DNA of 38,048 nt, from positions 1 through 38,048 of the IMG/VR virus record IMGVR_UViG_3300020045_009047. One strand, 5' to 3'. The stretch is from a virus. Its lineage: Duplodnaviria; Caudoviricetes. The notes under the pieces were generated by a model. The model was not told where the DNA came from. It saw nothing but the letters and a program-made list of their open reading frames with translations, and did not search any database. Both the position numbers and the translations under genes were made by a program. Shown one piece after another: positions 18,333-27,530 of the stretch (within the stretch, counting starts at the first letter, position 1; every line of letters starts with the position of its first letter).

Positions 18333-18458
18333 GCTGTGTGTGGCGGAATAAGACGCAACCGATGTTGACCTTGCATCATTAAATAAGAAGGGAACTTATG
18401 GTTAAAGTCATGTAGGCGAAAGCAAAACCAATGCAGGTATTAAGCCCTGCCACACAGC
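18333..18458 (+). ncRNA. tRNA-like RNA with degenerate D/T loops and a 76-nt insert replacing the anticodon/variable arms
   Basis: Acceptor CTGTGTG/CACACAG, TG, D-like GCGGAATAAGACGC, and T-like GCAGG-TATTAAGC-CCTGC. Confidence 0.6.
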
Positions 18459-18520
18459 ACAATCATTTTAAAACATTAATCCCTCTGAACACAGGATTTC
18501 CTTGAAAATCCGAAAATGAA

Positions 18521-18553
18521 AGGACTATCTCTTAATTGAGGTGGTCTTTTTTT
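18521..18553 (+). terminator. Intrinsic terminator of the rightward operon
   Basis: GGACTATCTC-TTAATT-GAGGTGGTCT followed by a T run. Confidence 0.8.
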
Positions 18554-18569
18554 ATTGGGTTATGAGCAT

Positions 18570-18601
18570 AAAAAAACTCCGAAAGTAGAAACAATCGGAG
18601 T
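18570..18601 (-). terminator. Intrinsic terminator of the leftward operon
   Basis: ACTCCGA/TCGGAGT stem preceded by an A run on the plus strand. Confidence 0.75.
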
Positions 18602-18677
18602 AAATTTACCCTAATAATTAACCAAAATGTATGAAAAAAGTTGCTCTGATGCTAATGTAGGAATAGTTTTTGAGAAA

Positions 18678-19058
18678 TTAAAATAATTCTTTTTGGACTA
18701 ATCTTTTACCTGATGCTGCGATAATTAAGTTAGCGTAATCGCAGGCAGTAGTGGTATTCTTATCTACTCTTTCAGGCTCTACTGATACTTGACCATTGGT
18801 TACTAAGGCATATACATTGGCATTGCGTCCTGATGAGGTTAGTCTTTTATCGCCAGTTTTATATACGACTTGTTCTAACTCCAATTCCTTTAATCTTCTC
18901 GAAGCCCTGTTTTTATCTTCCCAACCAATATGCTTTGCTAATTGCTCATAAGTACCACTTCCTAGTTCTTTAATTGCAGAAATAAGTTTTGCATGATGGT
19001 CTGATAGCATTTCGGGAGTTACAGACTTATATGCAGCGATTGATGTGTCAGGTTGCAT
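18678..19058 (-). CDS. Winged-HTH DNA-binding protein
   Basis: TS.AAY...GTYEQLA.....ASRRLKELE....VYKTG..R.T.SGR.A.VY. Confidence 0.85.
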   Translation of the reverse strand: MQPDTSIAAYKSVTPEMLSDHHAKLISAIKELGSGTYEQLAKHIGWEDKNRASRRLKELELEQVVYKTGDKRLTSSGRNANVYALVTNGQVSVEPERVDKNTTTACDYANLIIAASGKRLVQKELF

Positions 19059-19068
19059 AGTTATTGTT

Positions 19069-19437
19069 TTATTGAGTTAATAATTCAACTGATTTTGGTA
19101 CTCCTATTTCATCTAAGATAAAAGGGAAGCATAATTGATTAGGGTCTTCGGGTATTGGGGCTTTAGGATTATCAGGGTCATCGGGATTACCATCATTACC
19201 CCAATCCCATTTCTGCCAACTACTACATGACGGGTTATCGTTATCATCATATACCCACTCTTTAGGATAACCTTCTTCTCCAACACTAAAACACATAGAT
19301 GCACATAGTATCTCACATTGTTTTTCCCCATTTGGGTCAGGGTCGCAATGCAAACAGTTCATACAATATTCTTCAACAAAAAACATTCCTTCTGTACCGT
19401 TAGATGGTCGATAGGGTTTACCTGTGTACTTTCCCAT
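19069..19437 (-). CDS. Conserved Cys-rich phage protein
   Basis: YRPSNGTEG..F...YC..C.......C.IL motif. Confidence 0.8.
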   Translation of the reverse strand: MGKYTGKPYRPSNGTEGMFFVEEYCMNCLHCDPDPNGEKQCEILCASMCFSVGEEGYPKEWVYDDNDNPSCSSWQKWDWGNDGNPDDPDNPKAPIPEDPNQLCFPFILDEIGVPKSVELLTQ

Positions 19438-19443
19438 AGTTAA

Positions 19444-19665
19444 TTAATTTTTAAGGTTAATAATTATCTCTTGTTCATTTGAGAATGGATGTAATACAAA
19501 GTCTTTATCTATAAACTTATTTAATACTTCTAAGTTATAGGACATCATAATAGGGCTAGAATATACTGATAGTTGTAGGAGTTTATTTTTAAGGCTTCTA
19601 TACTCCACTACAGTAAAGTTATTTTCTTTTAATAAAGGTATAAGGCTCTCTAAATTAGGCTTCAT
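19444..19665 (-). CDS. Hypothetical phage protein
   Basis: ORF in the minus-strand run. Confidence 0.65.
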   Translation of the reverse strand: MKPNLESLIPLLKENNFTVVEYRSLKNKLLQLSVYSSPIMMSYNLEVLNKFIDKDFVLHPFSNEQEIIINLKN

Positions 19666-19975
19666 CGTTAAGTTGTTTAATGGCTAAGTCATATTCGGTA
19701 TCGGTCATTACTTCTACTCTTGACTTTTTCTTTTTAGGCTTCTTAAATCTAAAGTATTGAGCCATTGCTGATAAATAGTCCTTCGTAATGGACGATTTGT
19801 TTTTATCAAGTATTTTCTTCATTAGCATTTATTTTTAAAATGGTTTGGTATTCTTCAATAATACTTTCAATGTGATAGGTAGTATATGGTATTCCATTAT
19901 CCTGCATCTGATTAATAGTTGCTCCCATTCTCCACATACCTATAATGGATGATTCGTAATGATGTGGCTTAATTA

Positions 19976-20266
19976 TCATAGCGATTCTATTTCATCTTTT
20001 ACATCCTGCATAAATGAAATTATATTTGAAACAGAATAGTCAACACTTCCTTGTGGTAATGTTTCAAGTATTAAATCAACAGCTATAACGGCGCATTGCC
20101 TAGCACCTTCCCAAGTCATATCATAATCTTTTGAACAATCAGAATCACGGTAAACGCAATCTGTATCTTGTAGGGATTCATAAAATTTATTTACAAAAGT
20201 TATTGCTATTTGCTTTTGGTTAAGTTCCATAATTTTAAGATTTAAGTCTATGAGATAATTCCCCAT
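19976..20266 (-). CDS. Hypothetical phage protein (start probably the internal MELN)
   Basis: ARQCAVIAVD.IL....VKDEIE motif. Confidence 0.75.
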   Translation of the reverse strand: MGNYLIDLNLKIMELNQKQIAITFVNKFYESLQDTDCVYRDSDCSKDYDMTWEGARQCAVIAVDLILETLPQGSVDYSVSNIISFMQDVKDEIESL

Positions 20267-20534
20267 CTGCTAACTGTTGCATAAGGGATTTAAAAGGTTT
20301 AAGTTCTATTGGTCTATTGGATAGTTTATTTTCAAATAAGTCATCTGCTTTTTTACTCCAATAAGCCACCATGTTTTTAGAGTGCGTTCCTGCATCAAAT
20401 TCCATCCTTTTCATCCATGTCCTAAGTGATTTAAGAATAAATAAACTCTCTTTCTCTTGGGAATGTAAGGTAGCCAAAAACTCAAAATCTCTTGGCTCTA
20501 AAGTCTCTCTTGGCTCATATTTACCTTCTTTCAT
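20235..20534 (-). CDS. Hypothetical phage protein
   Basis: ORF in the minus-strand run. Confidence 0.7.
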   Translation of the reverse strand: MKEGKYEPRETLEPRDFEFLATLHSQEKESLFILKSLRTWMKRMEFDAGTHSKNMVAYWSKKADDLFENKLSNRPIELKPFKSLMQQLADGELSHRLKS

Positions 20535-20630
20535 AATTTTTTAAATTTAAGATAGCCCCTTTGATGATTAAATAAAATTCTTAACAATTACAAACCATCT
20601 ACTCCAAAAAGTTTTGTAAGGGGCTATCGG

Positions 20631-21254
20631 TTATTTTATAAAGTGTTCTTTTTTTATTTTGGTTATATAATCTATTGGTAATGCAGTTCTATTTAATGGG
20701 GCTACTACCTTTAAAAATGCACTTTCATCAAACTTTTCACATCCATCTTGCACTACCTTAGTTATAATATTTCTTACATCTACAAGTTTTTGAGAATACT
20801 CTTTTACTTGACTTTTAGCTTTCTGTAAAGCCACTTTTTGTTCTGCGCAATCCCTTATACTAAAACTAATCATTACACCGCTTTCCCCTTTCATTCTGCG
20901 TTCTGCTTCTAATCTTATCTCTAACATTTGCTCTTTTGTAAAAATATCGCCAAAAACATCCAATAACGCCTTGTTCTTTTCAGAATCCTCTAAAACTCTT
21001 AACTCTCGTAACTCATTATTTAAAGGCAGTATCATACCCTCTAATTGTGCAAGTCTTTTAACATAAGTCTGCCTAAGGTTCATTTTATCATCTTCTATCT
21101 TATCTATTTTGCCTGTTCTTTGTAAGTAAGCCGCTTGTTTAGATATACCAACATCTTGAACAAGTTTAACTACCTCATTCTTTTCTTTAGTCAATACTTC
21201 TCTTTTGGCAAGTATTGCATTTATCTTATCTCTTAAAATGTGATTTGAAATCAT
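20631..21254 (-). CDS. Coiled-coil hypothetical protein
   Basis: 207-aa helical, charged ORF. Confidence 0.75.
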   Translation of the reverse strand: MISNHILRDKINAILAKREVLTKEKNEVVKLVQDVGISKQAAYLQRTGKIDKIEDDKMNLRQTYVKRLAQLEGMILPLNNELRELRVLEDSEKNKALLDVFGDIFTKEQMLEIRLEAERRMKGESGVMISFSIRDCAEQKVALQKAKSQVKEYSQKLVDVRNIITKVVQDGCEKFDESAFLKVVAPLNRTALPIDYITKIKKEHFIK

Positions 21255-21266
21255 CGTTAATTATTT

Positions 21267-21878
21267 TTAATTATCTAATTCATACATTAATACGTCAGGA
21301 ATAAACTTAATCTCATTTTCAGCAATACAAGGGAATAGTATTTTAAACCTTTGTACTACTATTGCCCATAACTTAGGATTAGTTTCTTTACAGTATGCAT
21401 ACCCCTTATCATCAAACGTGCTGTGGCATCCCCCCCAAAAGGCTAATTCAATAAAATTCAATGGATGAGTAGCAATAGACTTAAGCTTAGCCTTACATAA
21501 TACGTGAGCTAGTGAGTATCTGAAATATTTATTGTCATCCTTACTTGACTTCTGCCCGCAACCACATACACAATATCCTGTCATTTCATATCTCCTATCA
21601 TTAAACCACTTCTCTATCGCAAGTTTACGATTTTGCTCATTTACAGGCTCACCAAACGAATTATTTTCTTTAGCGTATGATTTAACCTTTCTTGAAATTG
21701 AGTTCAAATTTTGTCGCTTTCTCGCATCCTGATAACCTTTCTTAGCTTTTAGTCCTTGTGCATCTTTAATTTCTTGTGGTGCATGGGCATAATAATAGCC
21801 TCCGAACGATATTGTCGGCATCTTAGGACAGTCATCGGAACAACGGCAATACTTACGTTTTATACTTGAATAAGCCAT
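21267..21878 (-). CDS. HNH/NinG-like Zn-binding nuclease-fold protein
   Basis: YCVCGCG...LAHVL.K....SIATHPLNFIEL....GCHSTFD. Confidence 0.7.
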   Translation of the reverse strand: MAYSSIKRKYCRCSDDCPKMPTISFGGYYYAHAPQEIKDAQGLKAKKGYQDARKRQNLNSISRKVKSYAKENNSFGEPVNEQNRKLAIEKWFNDRRYEMTGYCVCGCGQKSSKDDNKYFRYSLAHVLCKAKLKSIATHPLNFIELAFWGGCHSTFDDKGYAYCKETNPKLWAIVVQRFKILFPCIAENEIKFIPDVLMYELDN

Positions 21879-21881
21879 TGG

Positions 21882-22262
21882 TTATCTATTTTTAGTTTGC
21901 CATACAATAATATTTTTGCTTAGTGGCTTTTTCTTATCATCAAGGTAGCCTACTAATTCCCAATGTACCATTACCTGTCTATCAAAGTCTGCCCAATGCT
22001 CGGGGATGAACTTATTTACTTGGTAGCCAAACTTCCACCATGCCATAGGATTTCTGTAATAAGAAGTATCACTAATAAGCATTACAATTTTAACAGTATC
22101 TACCCTCTTTATTTGTACTAATGTATCATATCCCCAAAAGGTATAATTGCCATTATATAATCTTAAAGTATCAATATACCCATGCCCTTCTAATGTAATA
22201 CTTTGCCCAAATGAGCAACCCAAAATAACCATACCAACCAATAATAATTTAATCTTTTTCAT
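21882..22262 (-). CDS. Putative exported protein with Sec signal peptide
   Basis: MKKIKLLLVGMVILGCSFG|Q; Gln at +1 is typical of Bacteroidota signal-peptide products. Confidence 0.7.
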   Translation of the reverse strand: MKKIKLLLVGMVILGCSFGQSITLEGHGYIDTLRLYNGNYTFWGYDTLVQIKRVDTVKIVMLISDTSYYRNPMAWWKFGYQVNKFIPEHWADFDRQVMVHWELVGYLDDKKKPLSKNIIVWQTKNR

Positions 22263-22266
22263 ATTT

Positions 22267-22482
22267 TTACTTTTTAATTTCATAAAATTTAAACACCCTT
22301 AATATTATCCTTCTCATCTCATGTAAGTCTTTAGTATTCCAGTTAATCTTACTATAGGGTATTAATTTCTTTTTAGCGGGGGTATAGTTCCTTGATATTA
22401 TTTTCTCAAACGATGGGACTCCCCCTTTATTGTCCTTATGCCTTTCTTTTGATTCCTGCTGTAGTTGGTCTAATGTTTTCAA
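22267..22482 (-). CDS. Small basic hypothetical protein
   Basis: Overlapping ORF in the minus-strand run (TTG start). Confidence 0.55.
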   Translation of the reverse strand: MKTLDQLQQESKERHKDNKGGVPSFEKIISRNYTPAKKKLIPYSKINWNTKDLHEMRRIILRVFKFYEIKK

Positions 22483-22663
22483 AGCACATTAATTTATAGT
22501 GTAAGTTGACATCAAATATTCCCTCTATTGTCTTTTTAAGTTCCTGACTTTTAACCTTTCTTATTTTAGCCTGACATTCTTTACATTCCTTATGTACAAG
22601 CCATTGACCTCTCCAATAGAAGTCATCTTTTTCTTTTAGTTTATGGCAGCAAGGGCAAATCAT
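22436..22663 (-). CDS. Small Zn-finger protein
   Basis: CPCC..LK...DFY.......CKEC. Confidence 0.75.
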   Translation of the reverse strand: MICPCCHKLKEKDDFYWRGQWLVHKECKECQAKIRKVKSQELKKTIEGIFDVNLHYKLMCFENIRPTTAGIKRKA

Positions 22664-23478
22664 TCTATAAATCCTTTAAGGTAATCATAAACAATTAATC
22701 TTTTGGCTCGGTTTAAAATCCGCCCTTTAAACTCACCCATAAATCCCTCTGCTTCCATTCTTTCAAATTCTCTAAAAGCTATAATAGCATTATTAGTTTT
22801 ACAATTCCCTATTTCTTCATGCAATAAGGTTTTAACATAGGATTGAGCCTTTTCAGTATATCCCCACTTTTGTTCATTAGTTAAGGTAATAATCTTTTTA
22901 CTATCCAAAAAATCATAAAATAATAAAGGGATAAGTTCAATATTAATTACTTCTTTTTGCTTCCACTCACATATCCACTCTGCTTTATCTTCATCGGTTA
23001 AAGTTTTAGGTTCTTCTATCATAAGTTTAGTATTTGAAACCTGTTCCTCCATCTTACTTAATTCAAATCTTTCTTCTAAGTAGGGTATCATTACCTCATC
23101 AATAAGGGATAAGTTCATTGCTTTACCCCAATCTTTAACCTCAATTCCTTTATTCCTAAAGGCATATTCAACCTCTTGTTCGTTTACATTCCTGTACTTT
23201 TCAAGCAATTTCTTTTCAAATTGATCTGCCAAAACATTCATTAACTCACTAACAGGTATCGTCCATCCTGTAATAGCATGAATCTTAATTAATAACTGAT
23301 AGGCAGATAAAGTCCTTTCCTCCGAACTCATAACCCCAAACTGCTTAGAAGCATATTTAAGTTCTATCACCCTGCTTTCCTGCGATAGCGGCAAACTGCT
23401 CTTTACCTTTTCTAAGTAACTCGAGTGCGCCTGCGTTAAACTTAGTTGTTCCGTCAATTTGCTTAACTCCTGCTCCAT
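22660..23478 (-). CDS. Replication accessory protein (putative helicase loader/inhibitor-like)
   Basis: Directly follows and overlaps the initiator gene; E...EVEYAF...WGK.M....I.EV..PY helical motif. Function is inferred from position. Confidence 0.55.
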   Translation of the reverse strand: MEQELSKLTEQLSLTQAHSSYLEKVKSSLPLSQESRVIELKYASKQFGVMSSEERTLSAYQLLIKIHAITGWTIPVSELMNVLADQFEKKLLEKYRNVNEQEVEYAFRNKGIEVKDWGKAMNLSLIDEVMIPYLEERFELSKMEEQVSNTKLMIEEPKTLTDEDKAEWICEWKQKEVINIELIPLLFYDFLDSKKIITLTNEQKWGYTEKAQSYVKTLLHEEIGNCKTNNAIIAFREFERMEAEGFMGEFKGRILNRAKRLIVYDYLKGFIE

Positions 23479-24208
23479 TTTTATTTTTTTTATCGTATTC
23501 TAAAAATTGTGGTATTCTGAAATAAAGGTTATGTTCGGGTTTAATCCCTGTTGATAGTATTGCCTTTACCGTACCTTCCCATTTATCCTTAGTAAAGTTA
23601 TCTTCCCCTACTAACTTAGCAAATCCATGAGGAGAAATAAATTTACATTCAAATATTTCATCAAATTTCTTTTCGTAAATAAAATCAATAAATGATTTCC
23701 ATTCGTTAAAAAATAATTCAGTAGTCGATTGCTCTTTAAATGCTTTTTGATACATCCCAAAACCCCCGTTATAAAATTTTAAAAACCAAAATTTAGAGCC
23801 TTCTTCCATATCTTCTTCTTTATCTTTTTCTTCTTCTTCTTCTTTAAGGGTACTTTGTACCCTATTAAATACCCTATCTGATAGGTTATTCTTTTCTATT
23901 GCTATAAAAATGGGATTGTGTGCAGGACTGTTCCTAGATAACTTCCCGTATTGAAAATTTATAAAGTCAGGGATGAATATTTTGCCATTACCTAATATCT
24001 CATATTGGCTTGGCGGAAGTTCCTTTAAATCACCTAAACTTACCTCATCATTTATATGCAAACTGGCTAATTTCCAATTTGGCTTCCAACAGCCCGAAGC
24101 ATCACATTTATCAAAAATATACTTCATTAAACATTTATGTTTTGGGGTTAATTCCATATACCATTCTTTATCCCAAATTTCTATATCAGTAAATCTTTTC
24201 TTAGCCAT
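23357..24208 (-). CDS. Phage replication initiator / replisome organiser
   Basis: KRFTD..IW..EWY..L....K....YI.DKCD.SG.W N-terminus, FIPDFINFQYG.L and an acidic KEEEEEKDKEED linker. Confidence 0.8.
   Translation of the reverse strand: MAKKRFTDIEIWDKEWYMELTPKHKCLMKYIFDKCDASGCWKPNWKLASLHINDEVSLGDLKELPPSQYEILGNGKIFIPDFINFQYGKLSRNSPAHNPIFIAIEKNNLSDRVFNRVQSTLKEEEEEKDKEEDMEEGSKFWFLKFYNGGFGMYQKAFKEQSTTELFFNEWKSFIDFIYEKKFDEIFECKFISPHGFAKLVGEDNFTKDKWEGTVKAILSTGIKPEHNLYFRIPQFLEYDKKNKNGAGVKQIDGTTKFNAGALELLRKGKEQFAAIAGKQGDRT
23811..23887. repeat. Iteron-like TACCCT/AGGGTA cluster next to a polypurine tract inside the initiator gene
   Basis: AGGGTAC-TTT-GTACCCT palindrome (23847-23863), TACCCTAT at 23858 and 23870, and a (TTC)n tract at 23811-23845. 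Confidence 0.5.
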
Positions 24209-24211
24209 TAT

Positions 24212-24556
24212 TTATTTTTTATATTCATTAATACATAATTTAACCAATAATTTCATTGATTCACCATGTACCGTAGGGTTAATAAGCAAAAGAGAATGTA
24301 AATCTTCTATAACTTTTGGTAAGTTATCTAAATGGTTAAATTGGTGGCAATCGCAGCAAAGTGTTGTCATATCAGAATCTTCGCTTTCCCAAGGATTTCT
24401 GCTTGCAGAATAACAAAAATGATGTACATGTAAAGTTTTTTCTTTTTCTCCACACCATTGGCACGTAAAACTATCACTAGATAATATTTCTAATCTTCTT
24501 TTTTGCCATCTTGGGTCAAGTAATTTTTCTTTATAGCTTATATATTTTTTATTCAT
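24212..24556 (-). CDS. HNH endonuclease
   Basis: Y.EKLLDPRWQKRRLEIL..D.FTCQWCG....TLHVHH..Y....PWE......TLC..CH; start taken at the internal MNKK. Confidence 0.9.
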   Translation of the reverse strand: MNKKYISYKEKLLDPRWQKRRLEILSSDSFTCQWCGEKEKTLHVHHFCYSASRNPWESEDSDMTTLCCDCHQFNHLDNLPKVIEDLHSLLLINPTVHGESMKLLVKLCINEYKK

Positions 24557-24680
24557 GCTATTTTTTGTTAGAAAGCAAATATAAAACAATAAAAACCATA
24601 CTACCAAATATTTTCTTTGAAATTAATTAAAATAATTTATTTGGTTTTTTAAAAAACTTTATTTAGTATTGCGTATTATT

Positions 24681-24878
24681 ATGAATACAGAAAAAAATAT
24701 CAGGGAAAAAATAACCGACCATTTAAAGTCGATTAAAAGAAGCCGTAGATGGCTTGCCCATGAAATTGATGTAGATTATGATTCATTTTATTATACTCTT
24801 ACTCATTTCGATTCCAAATTTACAAAAGAACGGATTTCTAAAATCAACGAAGTCTTAAATACAAACTTTACAGACTAA
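24681..24878 (+). CDS. Cro-like HTH protein, first gene of the rightward operon
   Basis: HLKSIKRSRRWLAHEIDVDYDSFY...ISKINEVL; divergent from the replication module. Confidence 0.7.
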   Translation: MNTEKNIREKITDHLKSIKRSRRWLAHEIDVDYDSFYYTLTHFDSKFTKERISKINEVLNTNFTD

Positions 24879-25048
24879 TGATAGACATACAACCATACTT
24901 AGATAAGTTAGATAGGCTAAAAGAGTATATGGATTGCTATATAGAATTAAATAGTTGGTTACAGATGCCATTAAAGCCATTCCCATATAAATCACAAAGA
25001 AAATTTATTGAATTATCTGAATACTTACAACTTAATAATTAAAATACT

Positions 25049-25507
25049 ATGGACTTACAAACTTATTTAGACAACGCACTTTTAACGCAAAGAAGTAAAG
25101 CACTTGCAAAATCAGACCAACTTACACTTGGGGAATTAATCTTAAAATTAGAACCTATTGTAGAAAAACAAAAGCAACGTAAGGAGGATAATTTAGACGA
25201 AGCAACAGTAAGATTTGATTTTGAATATTTGTTCCCTACAGAATTAGATAGTTGGAGGGGTAGCTATTCTGAATTAGCATTAAACTTCCAAACAGAAGGG
25301 CATGAATTAACTGTTACTGAATTTTATAAGATGGTTAATGATGCTGTTGGTAAAGAATATACAGGGTATAAGGGAGGGGAGTTTACTATGACAAAGCGTA
25401 CACCAATATGGGTTGCTAATTATGGTCATTCAGGGAACACCGCATTGATAGACGTAGTAGATAATGATTATACTATTTTATTGATTACAGGGTATAGAGA
25501 ATTTTAA
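25049..25507 (+). CDS. Conserved phage hypothetical protein
   Basis: LTLGELI..L...LDSWRGSYSELAL...GYKGGEFTM...TPIWVA motif. Confidence 0.8.
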   Translation: MDLQTYLDNALLTQRSKALAKSDQLTLGELILKLEPIVEKQKQRKEDNLDEATVRFDFEYLFPTELDSWRGSYSELALNFQTEGHELTVTEFYKMVNDAVGKEYTGYKGGEFTMTKRTPIWVANYGHSGNTALIDVVDNDYTILLITGYREF

Positions 25508-25653
25508 CCTATGTCATCCGCCGAACAACTACTAATATCCTATTATAGACTTTTAAAAGTAAAGTCAGTACCTTATGGATATAGTTCTAATAGTAGTTTT
25601 ATAAAAGAAGTGCAATCAAAAATTAAGTACATAAAAAAACAAGAAAAGATAAA

Positions 25654-25848
25654 ATGATTTTGCAGTTAAACCCAATGATACCAATATATAGGTTGTCTGA
25701 CAAAATGAAAGGGTATGCTTTTTTAGTTATTGATTATAGCCAAGAACATAATTTACTTTTTAGTTGCGCTATGGATAATGGAGAAATATGGACTTTAAAT
25801 AACAAAGAAATCAGGTTTAATAAAAACATTTCATTAGAAAGAAATTAA
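25654..25848 (+). CDS. Conserved small phage protein
   Basis: MILQLNP.IP....G.A..VIDY..EH.L......GEIWT..N.EIR..KNI...R motif. Confidence 0.8.
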   Translation: MILQLNPMIPIYRLSDKMKGYAFLVIDYSQEHNLLFSCAMDNGEIWTLNNKEIRFNKNISLERN

Positions 25849-25856
25849 TATAGAAA

Positions 25857-26570
25857 ATGAGCCATACGCATATTTTTAAAGCATCAGATATTAAAGACTA
25901 TGAGGTTTGTGAGGATTGCGGCACTTATCATAGTACAGCACAAGTTGACCCTAAAATAATATACGAAGAACAAGAGTATTGGAGTTATGATAATAAAAGA
26001 AGTAAGATAGAAGAACAAGTGCTTAACCATTTGTGTACTGATGATTGTGGTATTAGTAAAGTTGATAGGGTATTACAGTTTGTTCCTAAAGGAGAATCAG
26101 TACTTGAAATTGCTTGCGCTCCCGGTGCGTTATTAAAAAAACTTTTAGATTACGGATATACTGATGTATGGGGTATTGAGCCATCTGATAGGTATATAAC
26201 TTTTATTTGTAACCAAGCCCCAACCGCTAAAATACTTCATGGATATTTCCCTAATGTTACAAGTGATTTTAGCGACAATACTTTTGATTGCATAGTAGCA
26301 TTAGATATATTTGAACACGTAGAAGATTATGAAGCGTTTTTATTAGAGGTAAAAAGGTTATTAAAGGATGGGGCTACTGCTATTATAATGTCGCCAATTA
26401 TTTTAGATGATGGAGATGGTCTTTATAGGAATAGAGATTTTGCTCATCCTGACGAACATTGTTGGATTCATTCACAAAATTTTTTAGAGCCGTATCTTAA
26501 AGAAATATTTTCAGAAGTTAAATTTGCGAATTGGATAGTTGGGCATACGTTAATAGTTGTAAAAAAATAA
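25857..26570 (+). CDS. Class I SAM-dependent methyltransferase (Methyltransf_23-like, N-terminal CxxC)
   Basis: VLEIACAPG, GIEPS and FDCIVALDIFEHV.D....L....RLLKDG; this is the type common in polysaccharide loci. Confidence 0.92.
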   Translation: MSHTHIFKASDIKDYEVCEDCGTYHSTAQVDPKIIYEEQEYWSYDNKRSKIEEQVLNHLCTDDCGISKVDRVLQFVPKGESVLEIACAPGALLKKLLDYGYTDVWGIEPSDRYITFICNQAPTAKILHGYFPNVTSDFSDNTFDCIVALDIFEHVEDYEAFLLEVKRLLKDGATAIIMSPIILDDGDGLYRNRDFAHPDEHCWIHSQNFLEPYLKEIFSEVKFANWIVGHTLIVVKK

Positions 26571-26571
26571 A

Positions 26572-27528
26572 ATGATAATACTACCTGATAATTCAAGAAC
26601 AGATGGTGTAGCGCATAGGATGCTGCAAATGGTAAATACTAACTTACCAATACTCTTACTTTCAAGAGTAGAAGAAATAAATTTTAATGAAGAAATATTA
26701 AGTTTAGCAGGAAAAGAATATATTATTGTTGATTTTATAGAAGAAGGGTGGGATGCAGAATACAACGATACATTGATAGTAGGTAAGAATACAAAAGATT
26801 TCCCTTTTTTAAAAGGTGATGGATGGGAAAGGTTACATAACTTTATTGAAGCTAATCAACCTAAATTTTACTTTAAGCGAGAGTTAAAATTAAAAGATAA
26901 AAACAATACAGTTTTACCAATAGAATATCCAAATTGGCAACCCGATTACGATTTAGACACAAGAGAAGCATTTAATAACAGACCGATTTCGGCATTAAAT
27001 TATTGGGGAAGAAGTCATGAAGCAAGATTGATATTGCATGGTGAAATATGGAAGTCAGCCACAAAAATGGGATATTCTGTTTGCGATAATATTTTTACTT
27101 TTAATTCGTTTATGCAGGATGATAATAATCCATTCAAGATTGCAACATTTAATATACCACATTATAGCCGTATAGATATTTCAGAAATAATGAAAATAAA
27201 TGCGCTATCTAAATTATCAATAAGTCTTTTTGGATGCGGCAAAAAGTGCTTTAGGTCAACAGGGGAAAGTATTGTTAATTCAATAGTAGTATTGCCCGAA
27301 GATGATTTAGCTTATTCGTTTCCTTTTTTAGATGGCAAAAACTGTATAATGTTTTCTACTAATGGGGATGTTACAGGGCTTAAAAAAGAATGGGATGTTT
27401 TAGGTGCGGTTAAAAAATCATTAGATAATCAAGACTTATACGATATTTATGTAGAGGGCAAAAAAATTGCAGACTTCTATAGAATAGATAATTACATTCG
27501 CTTTTTAGAAAACATAATAAACAACTAA
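26572..27528 (+). CDS. Putative GT-B glycosyltransferase (exostosin/Glyco_trans_1_2-like C-terminus)
   Basis: YFKREL, SKLSISLFGCGKKCFRSTGES (like the S..G.G..C.R..E motif) and FLDGKNCI.F. Confidence 0.7.
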   Translation: MIILPDNSRTDGVAHRMLQMVNTNLPILLLSRVEEINFNEEILSLAGKEYIIVDFIEEGWDAEYNDTLIVGKNTKDFPFLKGDGWERLHNFIEANQPKFYFKRELKLKDKNNTVLPIEYPNWQPDYDLDTREAFNNRPISALNYWGRSHEARLILHGEIWKSATKMGYSVCDNIFTFNSFMQDDNNPFKIATFNIPHYSRIDISEIMKINALSKLSISLFGCGKKCFRSTGESIVNSIVVLPEDDLAYSFPFLDGKNCIMFSTNGDVTGLKKEWDVLGAVKKSLDNQDLYDIYVEGKKIADFYRIDNYIRFLENIINN

Positions 27529-27530
27529 TA

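Noticed and set aside
18333-18458. Functional tRNA, intron-containing tRNA or tmRNA
   Set aside because: It lacks the D-loop GG, the TTC T-loop, a recognisable anticodon arm and encoded CCA. The insert is too short for a group I intron or tmRNA body.
18481-18522. Possible hammerhead ribozyme (CTGA...GAAA near a hairpin)
   Set aside because: The core CUGANGA is not present (CTGAACA) and the flanking stems cannot be formed.
19655-19830. Possible frameshift in the A-tracts of a small unlisted minus-strand ORF
   Set aside because: On recounting, the frame is continuous (KPKKKSRVEVMTDTEYDLAIKQLNDEA*); it is an ordinary small gene.
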